From Azolla caroliniana (Eukaryota > Plantae > Polypodiophyta), in contig JBHGNT010000003.1 in the NCBI GenBank assembly GCA_043228905.1, positions 23,560,001 through 23,624,000 on the forward strand: 64,000 nt of DNA, in the 5' to 3' direction. The number at the start of each line of letters is the position of its first letter. Position 1 is the stretch's first letter. Shown here piece by piece: positions 38,548-50,515 of this stretch. Made by a program: the position numbers and the translations under genes. Below the pieces are notes generated by a model, which worked only from the letters and a program-made list of their open reading frames with translations, was not told the origin of the DNA and did no database searches.

Positions 38548-38611
<64 letters not shown>
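38548..38611. repeat. (GT)n microsatellite in the YJU2/SLX1 intergenic region
   Basis: About 32 GT units, preceded by TA/CA-rich simple repeats. Confidence 0.95.
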
Positions 38612-38614
<3 letters not shown>

Positions 38615-39323
38615 ATGTACATATTTATATTTATGCTCAAGATTTTTAATCACTTCAACTATTAATGTCTTAATACTAGAAATTTACGATAGTAAAACTT
38701 GCTATTAGAATGTTTAAATTAAAAAATATGTAACTATTCATATATTTTTGTTAAAATTTTGTAGCAATAATTATTATTATTATTATTCATGCATTATATT
38801 TAAAAAAATATGCATAATAACTGATTGAAAGTTTATGAGGAAAATTATTTTATTTATTATTATGGACTCAGGAGATTTACAATAATTATTGTCATGCATC
38901 TTTGTAATTTATCTTTATTATTATTGATCTTTGTATGGAAGTTGTGATCTACAAAGGGAAATGTGGTGCATTACTATGGCGATACAAGAACAATAAGTTG
39001 GGAATTATATCAACAAACACAAATGCATGTGATCCATGGTGTGCAGTACCACGAAATTGAAGTATGTGCAACGTTTGTATTGCAAATCTACAAACCCTTT
39101 TGACAAAAATCAACAAGCTCATCGGTATCAAAAATCAACAAGCTACGAAATTGAAGTATGTGCCATGATATTGACGAGCTCAATGCTCCACTGGTCTACA
39201 AACTCATTCGTAAGCAATGTACAGTACCACAAAACTCTAGTGTAGATACGAATTTTGTATCACAAAGCTATAGACCCTTTTGATGAAATTTGGTAAGCTC
39301 AATGGTCCATGATATCAATGAAT

Positions 39324-39632
39324 TAGGAATCAGCAATGGCTCATCTCAAGCATAAGCCGAACCATTAAGTTGTTTTAAAGGGTTTGGCGGTTCAATTCAA
39401 TTTAGTTTAGGCTTGAGCTTCCTTGACCAGTTTGAGCTCAGTTTGGGATGGCTCAAGCCGAACTAAACTAATTTTGACCAAACCGGTTCAGGCTTAATTG
39501 GCTTGGCAAACTGGTTTTGCCTTAACCAGTTTGGTTCAAGTTTGGGAACTCCCAAATCGGTTAAGGCTTAATCGGTTTGGTTTGGAAAAGGCCAAACCAG
39601 TTAAGCTGAAAGCAAACCATTGACGATTCCTA
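39324..39632. mobile_element. MITE of the same family as 20402-20651, in inverted orientation
   Basis: TIRs TAGGAATCAGCAATGG / CCATTGACGATTCCTA. The reverse complement aligns with the 20402 element (…GCCTTAACC…GGGAG…AAACTTGAACCAAA). The TSD is degenerate. Confidence 0.75.
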
Positions 39633-39940
39633 CGAACGAACTTAGATGTCCACAAATCAACGAACTCAGTTGTACGCAATGCAAAGTACCAGGGAACTCA
39701 AGTTTATACAATGTTTGTATCGTAAAGCTATTGACCCTTTAGGAAATGTTATGGTTGGTTTATGGGAGCTTTCTGGCCAAAGGGCATTTGAGAAATTAAC
39801 AAAACCTCAGGGATATTATTGAAATAAACAAAAACCACGGGAGCTTACAAACACTGCCATAGCTTTTTGAAAATGAAACTGAGGAAGATCTGAATTTGTA
39901 GCGTTTCCTCTGTTACTTCTTCTTCTTCTCACCAGATGAC

Positions 39941-42582
39941 ATGGATGACCTTGCTCCTGTTGCACAGACCATCATCAGGAAGTCCTCTTTCTTTGCGTGT
40001 TACCTTCTCTGCTCGCAAAAACCTCGATGTGGTCGAACATACATAGGGTAAGTTCAACTTTTTTTGTTTTCTTTTTTCCTCAAATCATGTTAACTCCTTC
40101 AGTTGTGAGTTATTTTCTTGTATTATTCGCTCTTTCATTGCTTCCCGAAATTGGAAAGAATGTAATATTTGATTCAATATGCATGTTGGGAAACATATCT
40201 GAGAGATTGTCCAAAAGAAGTTTGTCATAGAAACGCCCCAATTCTTATACGAAAAACAAGTTGAAACAAAAATTCACATTCTTTAGCTGAAGTGATCGTA
40301 GGACACGAGAGAGATGGGAGAAATAAATAATCAATAAAAGCCAGAACACAGCTAGTTTATGAGATAATAATAAAATCATCATTACATAGGGGTAACAAAT
40401 AGGTTTTTGAACATATGACGTGATTGTACTATAAAAAGAAAAAGAAAGAATTTTCTAATTTTTGACAGCAATTTCAGCTAATCCAATAGTTTACAAAAAG
40501 GGAAAAGGAAAATAAAGAAATAAATTCTATTGTTCTCTAATAATCATGAGCTCTTAAATAGTTATGTATATCATACATGTATCTGAATGAACGTAATAAA
40601 TATGCCAATGCAACTCATACACATTGAAGCAGGATAGAACAAGGAATATCACCATGTCCATAGATGTCCTGGAAGAGCAATCTAATATTTTTCTTATTGC
40701 CAATGGTAACTTGCTTCCTATATAATTGTTTCTCAATCTCTTGAAAATACAAATTAGTGGGAGAAAACAATAAATCTGAACATGTCCTAGAAGAGCAACC
40801 CACTGTTTACTATACTGTCAATTTTATTTTGTTACCATTTCTTGCTAGCTTTTCATGCAGTTGAGATTGATATATATAGTGTATCCCTTTTGCATAATAT
40901 GGATAGCCTTTCAGAAACGAGGAACTTGAACATTGGTATATAGAATTATCTTTATTGAGTGTTATGAGTGCCATCAGGTGGAGACAAATGTGAAAGTTGA
41001 TAAAGTTACATACACATCACTCATGTTGTATTCTCCCATAGTGGTGTTATATTCTGCGAAGAAATGTGTTCAATGTTTAGATCTTGGAGTTTGTTATGTG
41101 ATTCTCACTATTTATAATTTTTACCACATACTATTGAAGATCAATGGTCTATAATTATGAAAGCATAACAATGATGCAGGTTCACAGTTAATCCAAGACG
41201 TCGTATTAGACAGCACAATGGAGAAATTACCTCTGGTGCATTTAGAACAAAGAAATGGAGGCCGTGGGAGATGATTCTCTGTATTTATGGATTCCCTTCT
41301 CAAGTACATGCACTTCAGGTAGCTGAATATAGGTCTGCTTTCTTATCATGAATTGCCTACAAATGGTGATTTTGTCTTACTAAAATGAGCATTGGATGTT
41401 CTTTCTTCCCAGTTTGAATGGGCATGGCAACATCCTCACAAATCCTTAGTAGTGAGGGAGGCTATAGCTGGCATAAAGGCTCTAGGAGGGAAACAAGGAA
41501 AAGTCATGGTCATGTACAAAATGTTGAATATACCGAAATGGAACAAGTATAGTATACAACCCTATTTTTTATCATTTGACATTTTGTTGTCCATAATCAG
41601 GATTTTTAATTGTCTACTTTGTTGCAGACTTGATCTTATCATCCATTTTCTTTCGACAAAACATCTCCCCTTGGCCAAGAAGTGTCCATGTCTCCCTCCT
41701 CAAATGCAAGTTAAAGTTGGTCCATTAGAGGATCTCCCCTGCTATCTAGACTTGGATGACTCTGATGGTGACAACATTGATGATGTCAACAATGATGATG
41801 GTGACAATGATAATGACAACAATGATGATGGCAGCAACAACGATGAACTTGACATGCTCAATAAGCGAAGTGAAGATGCACCATCCTGCACAAGTCCCAC
41901 TGTAACAACAAACATTGAAACATCGTGGCAACTTGGGCAAGAACCACCTTCGATCGATCATGATGGTTATAGAAAATCTGTGGATGCCGTTTTAGTAGAG
42001 GACTTACCACATCCTTTGGCTTTTAAGAGTTCCTTTGGTTGTACTAATCCAATAGAGACTGGTGATATCCATTGCAATCATTTTGTTTCAGTGGACTTGG
42101 ATGAATCCACTATGTCTGAGGAGAGACAAATGAGCCGGAGTGGTGCCAAGGTCTTGGTCAATCTAGTTTCACCAGAATCACATTGTAAGCACGTAGGACA
42201 TCAAGATGACATGAAATCACATCAACAACATGAGATGGAAGCAGATAAGCTCAACATGCGATCATATTGGAAACCGATAAAGAGTGGTCATGACACTACC
42301 ACTGATCTAAGCCCTACCACCCCAAATGCTCATCCTCACAATGAAGATACCAGAAGTTTGTTAAACATTTCTCAATTTTCACCTTTATGGTCTCCTTCCC
42401 CATGCCAAAAATCTGGAGGCATGATAGATTTATCTCAATGTGTACCAAATAACATTTTCAATACACCGAAACCAGATTCTTCTGCATCACGACCGCATTT
42501 GGAAGAAGGGCATGTTCTTTCACACTTTCAGGGAAAACAAAGCGAGATAATTGACCTAACATCATCCCCTGTCGCCCCTTAA
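39941..42582 (+). CDS. SLX1: SLX1-like GIY-YIG structure-specific endonuclease (plant type)
   Basis: Exons 39941-40047, 41180-41318, 41413-41546 and 41628-42582 (444 aa). Motifs FFACYLL...[30 protein letters not shown]...IYGFPS...[11 protein letters not shown]. An acidic linker and disordered tail end in EIIDLT. Confidence 0.92.
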
Positions 42583-44307
42583 TATAACCCCAATTTGTTG
42601 ATTAGAAGAGGAAGAATTTGTACTATAATATAATTGTATATGAATGCTTCAGATGTGAAAGCAGCTCACTGATGTAATGCATGTTAGTTTCTAATTGGAG
42701 GAACTATTTGCGTTATGCCATGTTCCAAGCACAACTGAGAACATGCAAAAATAGCCCTTATGACGTAAGACAAAAGGTTTATATTACATAACAATTACAT
42801 GTTCTTTTATGATGAAATAAGTGCTTCCCTTGCATATATACATATAACTTATGATGAAAAATATGAAATCAATGTCAGGGCTTCTATGGGCATGAGGGTT
42901 TTCTTGCATCAAACTACAACTGCAATACTGATTTTGTAATGTTTTCATGTGGCTGATTGTATCTCAAAGTAGATTATAAAGGTTTTGATATAGTAGTCTT
43001 GGTTCCATATTGGGAACATGTATAGATTAGCTTAAAAAGAGGGCTATGTACCAAATGTTTTGTTATGGAAGTAGTCTCTCGATATCTTATGCAATATATA
43101 AGGATACTTCATCATGATGCTTTCCTAACTTATGGAGGCTCTTGCACTTTGGTAGATTATCCAATGGCATTCTTCAACAAAGTTGCCTTTTGTTGCCCAA
43201 TGCTTTTATAAGACATCTCTATGCATGATTGATTCATTGTTTGGGTGAATATATTACTCAAGTGTCAACATCCTTAAAGATAACAAGAGATTGTTTAGAT
43301 GAATATATTTGTGGTTATTTAATAGTTATCTTGATACATAACTTATGAGTGTTCAAATGAATGTGTTTCTCTCATAATTGAAAACAAGTATCTTGACATC
43401 TAGTTGGCAAGTGTTTAATAATGTGCTCTTGCTTCAACTCAAAGTCATGTAGTTAAGCACTTGAAGTCATTCTCCTTATCTTTTAAGACAAAAGGTTTAG
43501 ATTACATAACAATTACATGTTATTTTATGATGTTATCTTTAAGGATGTTACTCTCATCTACTCATGTTATATTGTGGGTAAGTAATGATTTGCCCTTTAT
43601 CATGAGAGCAATAATGAAGAATAAAAGTCTCTCCAAAACTGTCTAGTTTTGTACCTTATGAAGGCTTAGTTTCCAACTCCAAGATCCTACAGTTCCTACC
43701 CCATGTAGAAAACTAGGCTCAATGCATAAGTACAGTCGAATTTGTACACTCAGGCGTAGTGCATGGGACATCGCAACTTCTCTCGAGGCTTTACAACCTT
43801 TGACAACCTTTCAATCTCAGAACTGATACTTGACTCGGCGGGATACTGAGATGGACAAGATAATAGATATGTATGTACTTGATGGACAGGAGCATACTGC
43901 GATGGACGGGATTATGTATGTACTCGATGGCCGGATGGACGGCCATCTATGGTACATACTCTTCTTCATGAAGGGCAAGAGACAGGCAAGGCAACAGAAG
44001 AACACCTGAAGGAAGGAAGGAAGGAAGGAAGGTTTGGGCTGAGCAGTGAGCACCAGAGAAGAAATGAGATGCATGTCCATCCATATGATCCATGGCGATG
44101 TGATATGAACCTCGACAATCCTCCTGCGCTGCTTCGCCCCTCTCCCTCCTCTCTGTCACTCTCAACGAATCCTGCGATCCAGCAAAATCGTTACTGGGCC
44201 TCAGAGGCCCGCCCCATTTGGTGATGGATGATGGCACGTAGCCATGCTGCTGCTCACTGCATCTCTCCCACCCCATCCATGTCTCAGACAGATCTTCCGA
44301 ACCCCCC

Positions 44308-46668
44308 ATGGTGAACAATCCGCCCCTCGGCTGCTGCAGCAGCAAAGGGATAAGGGAGAGAGAATGGAGCGAGAAACCATGGAAACAAACCCTTAGCCTG
44401 CTGCTCGATGAATCGGGAACCGCAGTAGACGGCGATTCCAGCCTCTATGCGGCTCTGCTGCGACACTGCGGGAATTCCAGATCCCTCTTGGAGGGACGCC
44501 GCATCCATGCCCACATGAGTGGAAGTGGGCATCTCAGGAATCGCTACCTCAAGAACCTGCTCTTGCAGATGTATGCCAAATGTGGTGCTGTGCAGGATGC
44601 AACGGACCTCTTCGCCAAATTCAGCCAACCAGACGTGTTCTCCTGGACCTTCATCATCGCAGCTCATGCCCATACCCATGCCCATTACCACGATCATGGT
44701 ATCACTGCCTCACAACTTTTTCAACAAATGCAACAACAAGGGGAACTTCCCAATAACCATACTCTTGTTTACATTCTTTCCGTGTGTGCCAACCATATGT
44801 TGCTTCCACTCGGGAAGCTCATCCATGCTCTCGTTGTTGGGGGTAGGGATCATATGTCCAACGTCATGGTTCTCAGTTCTTTGATCAATATGTATGGAAA
44901 GTGTAGATGTTTATGTAATGCACTGCAGCTCTTCAATGGCATGCCTGACACCAGTGTGGTATCGTGGAATGTTCTGATCTCTGCATTTTTACAAGATGGT
45001 CATGGTGAGAAAGCCCTTGGCCTTTTCCAGCAAATGAAGGAGGAAGTTTGCATACCAACCAGGGTTACCTTCTTGGAGATTCTTGAGGCATGCACAATGG
45101 TATCATCCCTGGCAGATGGCAAACAGATTCACAGTATTATTCTGAGCTCAGGATTATTATCGACTGAAGTCACATTAGGAAACTCTATCATCAACATGTA
45201 TGCCAAATGTGGTGATTTCAAGAATGCATTCACTGTCTTTGACATGATGCTCGAACGAAATGTCACCACATGGAACACGATTATTTCAGTGTGCAACCAT
45301 CGCAACTGCATCAAAGACTGCTTGCAACTTTTTCAGCAAATGCAGCTGGAGTGTGTGATGCTGAATGAGTTAACCTACATCATCATTTTGTCTGTGTGTA
45401 ACAGCTCCTCGGCACTGTTGACAGGCAGAGAGATGCATGCTCGCCTGGTTAGATCTGGATTTGAACGCAACGTTGCCATAGGAACAAGTCTTATTAGTAT
45501 GTATAACAATTGTGGTGATTTGAAATCTGCAAGGGCAGTTTTTGATGCCATACCAGCGCATAATGTTATCTCGTGGAATGCCCTGATTACTGCATGCGTT
45601 CATCAAGGTGAAACTAAACTAGCTTATGAAATCTTTTTAGAGATGCAACATAAAGGTTTCAAGCCAGACAGAGTTACCATCATAAACATTTTAGACGCAT
45701 TTACTGGTGATGCGGCAATATCAGAAGGTGAACATCTCCATTGTGAAGTTGTGGAGTCTGGATGGGAATCTGATCTTGCCATAGCCACTGCCCTCATTGA
45801 TATGTATGGCAAGTGTAGCAAGATAGATGATGCACTACAGATTTTCGAATTAATGCCAGAGAGGAATATAGTCTCATGGACAGCGATGATCACAGCTTAC
45901 GGTCAGCATGGTCAAGGATGCCATGCATTGCAACTTTTTGAACAAATGAAAGCGAGTGGGTTGGTACCAGACAGAGTGTCACTTATTGGGGTTTTAGATG
46001 CATTTGCGAGCTATACTGCACTGGCTAAAGGAAAGCAGATACATGCATACATTTTGAATCAAGGCTTTGATTCAGATGTGGCTCTTACCAATAGTGTCAT
46101 CAATATGTATGCAAAGTGTGGCAGCTTGGAGGATTCATTGAAGGTATTCAGTCAAATGGATGAACCAAATGCCATCTCTTGGACCACCTTGATAGCAGCA
46201 TATGCTCAGCAGGGTCAGGGCAAGGAAGCTATGTCTATGTTTCTTCAAATGCAGTGTCATGGTATGGCCCCCGATGAGGTGACTCTACGAAGCATGCTTA
46301 CAGCTTGCAGCCATGGTGGTCTTGCAGTTGAAGGAAGCCAATGTTGGGCATCATTTATTAATAGCCTCAACAATATTGCATCTATTAGTCACTATAACAA
46401 TTTGATCGACCTCTTAGCGCGAACCGGGAAGCTGGCTGAGGGAGAACACTTGATTGATAAAATGCCATTCCATCCAACTTCAATGTCATGGTTGACATTA
46501 CTTGGTGCTTGCAAGACACACACTGATGTGGAGCGGGGAGAACGGGCAGCCAGAAATTTGTTTGCTCTTGGGTCTGAGAATGCTGCACCATATATATTGT
46601 TATCAAACATTCATGCTGCATCTGATAGTTTGGATGGAAGGAATCCCATGGTTCATGGACTACATTGA
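44308..46668 (+). CDS. PLS-class pentatricopeptide repeat protein with (partial) E domain, no DYW
   Basis: Intronless 786-aa ORF of P-L-S triplets (MYAKCG...A..VF..M..RNV.SW..MI). E-type end SWLTLLGACKTH.DVERGERAA...YILLSNIHA. Confidence 0.93.
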   Translation: MVNNPPLGCCSSKGIREREWSEKPWKQTLSLLLDESGTAVDGDSSLYAALLRHCGNSRSLLEGRRIHAHMSGSGHLRNRYLKNLLLQMYAKCGAVQDATDLFAKFSQPDVFSWTFIIAAHAHTHAHYHDHGITASQLFQQMQQQGELPNNHTLVYILSVCANHMLLPLGKLIHALVVGGRDHMSNVMVLSSLINMYGKCRCLCNALQLFNGMPDTSVVSWNVLISAFLQDGHGEKALGLFQQMKEEVCIPTRVTFLEILEACTMVSSLADGKQIHSIILSSGLLSTEVTLGNSIINMYAKCGDFKNAFTVFDMMLERNVTTWNTIISVCNHRNCIKDCLQLFQQMQLECVMLNELTYIIILSVCNSSSALLTGREMHARLVRSGFERNVAIGTSLISMYNNCGDLKSARAVFDAIPAHNVISWNALITACVHQGETKLAYEIFLEMQHKGFKPDRVTIINILDAFTGDAAISEGEHLHCEVVESGWESDLAIATALIDMYGKCSKIDDALQIFELMPERNIVSWTAMITAYGQHGQGCHALQLFEQMKASGLVPDRVSLIGVLDAFASYTALAKGKQIHAYILNQGFDSDVALTNSVINMYAKCGSLEDSLKVFSQMDEPNAISWTTLIAAYAQQGQGKEAMSMFLQMQCHGMAPDEVTLRSMLTACSHGGLAVEGSQCWASFINSLNNIASISHYNNLIDLLARTGKLAEGEHLIDKMPFHPTSMSWLTLLGACKTHTDVERGERAARNLFALGSENAAPYILLSNIHAASDSLDGRNPMVHGLH

Positions 46669-48349
46669 TATGGCAATTCAGTTGAGTCTTGCAAGGCTGG
46701 CTCCAATATTTTGAAGTACCATCTCTAAACAGAAAATAGGATAAGGTTTTTGTGCAGAAATGTCTATCTCAATTGTGGTAAAAACATCCTAATATCTGAA
46801 TGCAATTCCCCTGAAAGTCTTTTGCAAAGATATTTCACTAAAACCGCACGATTCCCATCATTCCATGTTAGAAAGTTTGGCATCAATTTTGTCATGAAAG
46901 ACTAAAAAGAACATGCGTCTATCACTAGCATGGGGGAGAGGAAGTCTCAATAAGCACCAATAGCTTGAAGGAGCCAAATGGATGATGTTCTCGCTTACAG
47001 TTTAACGATATATGCTAGTCAAGCCTATCTTGAAGGCTACGAATACATTCGATGGGATTCCAATTATAGAGCACTACAATTGCATGGTTGACCTTTGCAG
47101 ATGTTTTGCGAGTTTAACAAAGACAACATGTGTTTATTGCAAGACTGACACCATATGGGTGTTTTCACATATGACCCCCCTAGTGTCTTATGCCTTGTTT
47201 GATGCATTTACATGTGGGGATGCCTACACTTTACCCATTTGACACATCAACTAAAGTAAAAGGGTCTGTAAAAATGTGAGCTTTCAATCCATTGCCACCC
47301 AAACAAGGCTTGTTATTCCGGCCCAAGGGACCATTGCAATACATACACCAAACTTTATCAAAGAACATAAGAGCTTTATGTTCAAAGGAACAAGAGACAA
47401 TATTGTAAAACGCTTGTGGGTCCGCATTTTATTCTCAACATATTTTGGCGGTACCATTGTTTAATCCTTATTTATAAATGAGAGGTTCTCCTCACACAAA
47501 AGATAGTTGTGTGATCACAAAATACTTCGAAAGATTGCAAGATTGCCTTTGTATTGTCTTTCATGTTATGCATGACCTCATCAATACATTCTTTTGTTTC
47601 ATTCTTGTTCGCCTCTATTATACCACACAACAAGGTATTGGCAATCTTTCATAAGTTCTCCTAGTTAGGATCATCCTCATGACTCTCTTCTACATGTGTC
47701 CAATTTTTCTAATGATTTCCTTAACATCCTTAAGCCTTTTGAAACTCCCTTATTCTTTGCTTAAAGAAGTATACCCTAACACAAATTTGCTCTTTTGAGA
47801 AGCAATTATTTCCATGCCCATGTCCCCCATGGATTATGAGGAATCCATGTTCATGTCCTCTATCCAAGATATAATAAGAGAATTTTAATGGAATAAGTAA
47901 GAAGACAAGAACTCCTTGATTTGAACCATACTCGAGAATGCATTGGCAAACATTCTTTTTCATACAAATGCAAACGAATGCGTATGCTATCAAAACATTC
48001 TTATGCTTTTTTTACACTTTTTACCTTATAATAAATAATGAATACAAAAGTATGGTATTTACCATACTTCGAGGGTGTTTACATGAATGCGAATGCACGT
48101 ATGGTTCAAACTTCATACTATGATTTGGACTCTCTCTCTATGAGAGGCTTGGATGGAAATGAAACTAGGCCTAGTACAAAGTAATTTCCTTTATCGAATA
48201 TGTTACACCATAACACATTTTGTACAATATTAGAACTCTTTTTAAGTTCTATTTTTATTTCAATGATTGGGTAGACACCCTATTTTATTGTACACCAATT
48301 GTCCCATGGGCCAATTTTTGGCCTTAGAAGACGGTAATATATCTTTCTT

Positions 48350-48389
<40 letters not shown>

Positions 48390-48456
48390 TCTCAAAACCA
48401 CACAATTAAATTAATTACATGTAAAAACCACCATTACAAGAATGATGCCCTCTCTA

Positions 48457-48686
48457 CATAAGTAGAGAGACATTCTAGAGTATGATAGAAAAGTTGAATA
48501 CTGACAAAATGAAATAATCCCCATATGTTCTAGCATCCATAATTTCCACATAATATATACCGTTCAACTTACATTAAGTAGATAGACATTCTAGAGTATA
48601 ATTAAAAAAGTTGAATACCCACATAGTGAAATAATCCCCATATGTCCTAGCATCGATAATTGCCACATAAATATACCTTTCAACTT
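48457..48686. repeat. Tandem duplication, about 115 bp x 2
   Basis: AAGTAGA.AGACATTCTAGAGTAT...GAAATAATCCCCATATGT.CTAGCATC...CAACTT occurs twice with a few mismatches. Confidence 0.85.
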
Positions 48687-49681
48687 TTTAATGTATAGAG
48701 TTACTTCATGTCCACCATCAAACATGAAAACATTGTGCATGTTCTAATTAAATACCGCAAACCTTAATAACATAAAAAATGGCACATGATTTCCATCTCA
48801 TTCTTGGTCCATTTTGTCATATATTGGTTGAAGATCCTTTGTCTTGGCACTGGCAACAAGAAGACAAACTTGTCATATTTTCAATAAAGATTTCCAAATA
48901 GCATATGCAATAAGGCATTGAATGAATAAATGATGTATATTGTCTTCCAATCGAACAAATGCAAAAGACACATGTGCATGATGCCAACTCTCTCTCTCTC
49001 TCTCTCTCTAGCCATTGGCTTGGTGGTTTACACCATCCCATCATAGCCATAAATTTGAGAGAACCCAAGTTTGATCCTTGCCATGGGCTAGTCCTTGTCT
49101 CATATGCCGCAATGGATCTCCTCTTCACATTAAAAAGATATAGACCTATCAATGGAAGTTTTGACGTGATAAATAAATTCCTACACTTTGGGGTCCCATA
49201 ATAGAAGCTATGTGTGAGCCAAACTATTAATAGGAACCCTCGTTTTCTAAGCTAAAAGGAATGATGCCTAATAGAGGGCTAACTCTTGCGTAATAAGATG
49301 TTTGCGGTATTTCATGCGTAGGCTTTACTCTCAAAACAAATAGAGTTTTAGCTATCTATCTCTCCCTCACACATTTTGGTATTAGAAGATGTTAATATTT
49401 CTCTCTCATTTGTTTTTTCTACTCTCTCTCTCTCACACACACACATTAAGCTTTGACTCTCATCTCAAATTAAGATCTAAAACCCTAAGTTTCTATATTA
49501 GATATTTGCACTTCATACTTTATTAAGGGTAATTGGCTTCCATTAGTGAATAATAATATGTTGTATTTCTTTTATTAATAAAGTAAGTAGTCAATCTTGA
49601 GAATGAAGGTAAAGTCGTTTTGGAAATATTGGTTTAATTAATTACTTTGGGTGTTAGAGTGAGCATAAGAGGATTAAAAAA

Positions 49682-49875
49682 GCACCTTCTTAACAGGGGT
49701 CCACATGCACCCTCTTAAGAGACGTTTCACACGCACCCTCTAAAAATGCACCTTCCTAAGGGGCGTTTCACACGTACGCTCTTGAAATGCACCTTCTTAA
49801 GAGGCGTTTCACGTGCGGCCTCTTGAAATAGACCTTCTTAAGAGGCGTTTCACATGAATCCTCTTCAAATGCGCT
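49682..49875. repeat. About 41-bp minisatellite upstream of the second PPR gene
   Basis: GCACCTTCTTAAGAGGCGTTTCACACGCACCCTCTTGAAAT-like unit, about 4-5 copies. Confidence 0.8.
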
Positions 49876-50515
49876 TTCTTCAGTTTGTAGAGTCCAGGAG
49901 AGAGAGAGATCAGGTCCCATGGAGCTTCTTCTACTGAAGATGACGGAGAAGAAGACGACTCCTACAGGAGCGAGAGAAGGAGAGCATTGCTTGGGTTTCT
50001 CCTGGAAGGAATACCTCAGAGACCCCAAAATCTGGGGTTTTCTTGGTGGCAGGATTATGGGTTTTCTGAAGATTCCGTCGTTTGCCCTCTGCCATTTCTT
50101 CATTGGTCAAGGTACTTATGCTTCCACGCAGTAAATTAAACCGTAGAAACCTGACAGAGTGAACTACAAAGCTCGTAACCATAAAACCCTTTAATTTAAA
50201 ACTCTGAACTAAACTTTATGCCCTAAAACGTAAACCTTAAGCTTTGAACAATACAACCTTAAAATCTAAACTGTACAGTTAAAGTTCTGACAGAGAAGTT
50301 ACTAAAAACGCAAACGTAAACCCTACAATTCTGAAACTCTAAACCTAAGCTATAAAACCATAAAACCCTAAACCATTGCAGCTTTCATTTTTATATAAAT
50401 TTACTTAAGAGTTTATAATTTGTGTTGTGCATCAGCATTCCATCACCGGCAGATAATGGCATCTACAACCCATCTTGGGCTCCGCAAGAATAATATGCTA
50501 AGATAGAGGGTTCTG

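Noticed and set aside
38405-38665. ORFs rich in VC/HT repeats (also 19976-20290 and 59554-59952)
   Set aside because: These are translations of GT/TA microsatellites.
50130-50380. Telomere-like AAACCCT motifs
   Set aside because: Scattered and degenerate, typical of telo-box-rich first introns rather than an interstitial telomere array.
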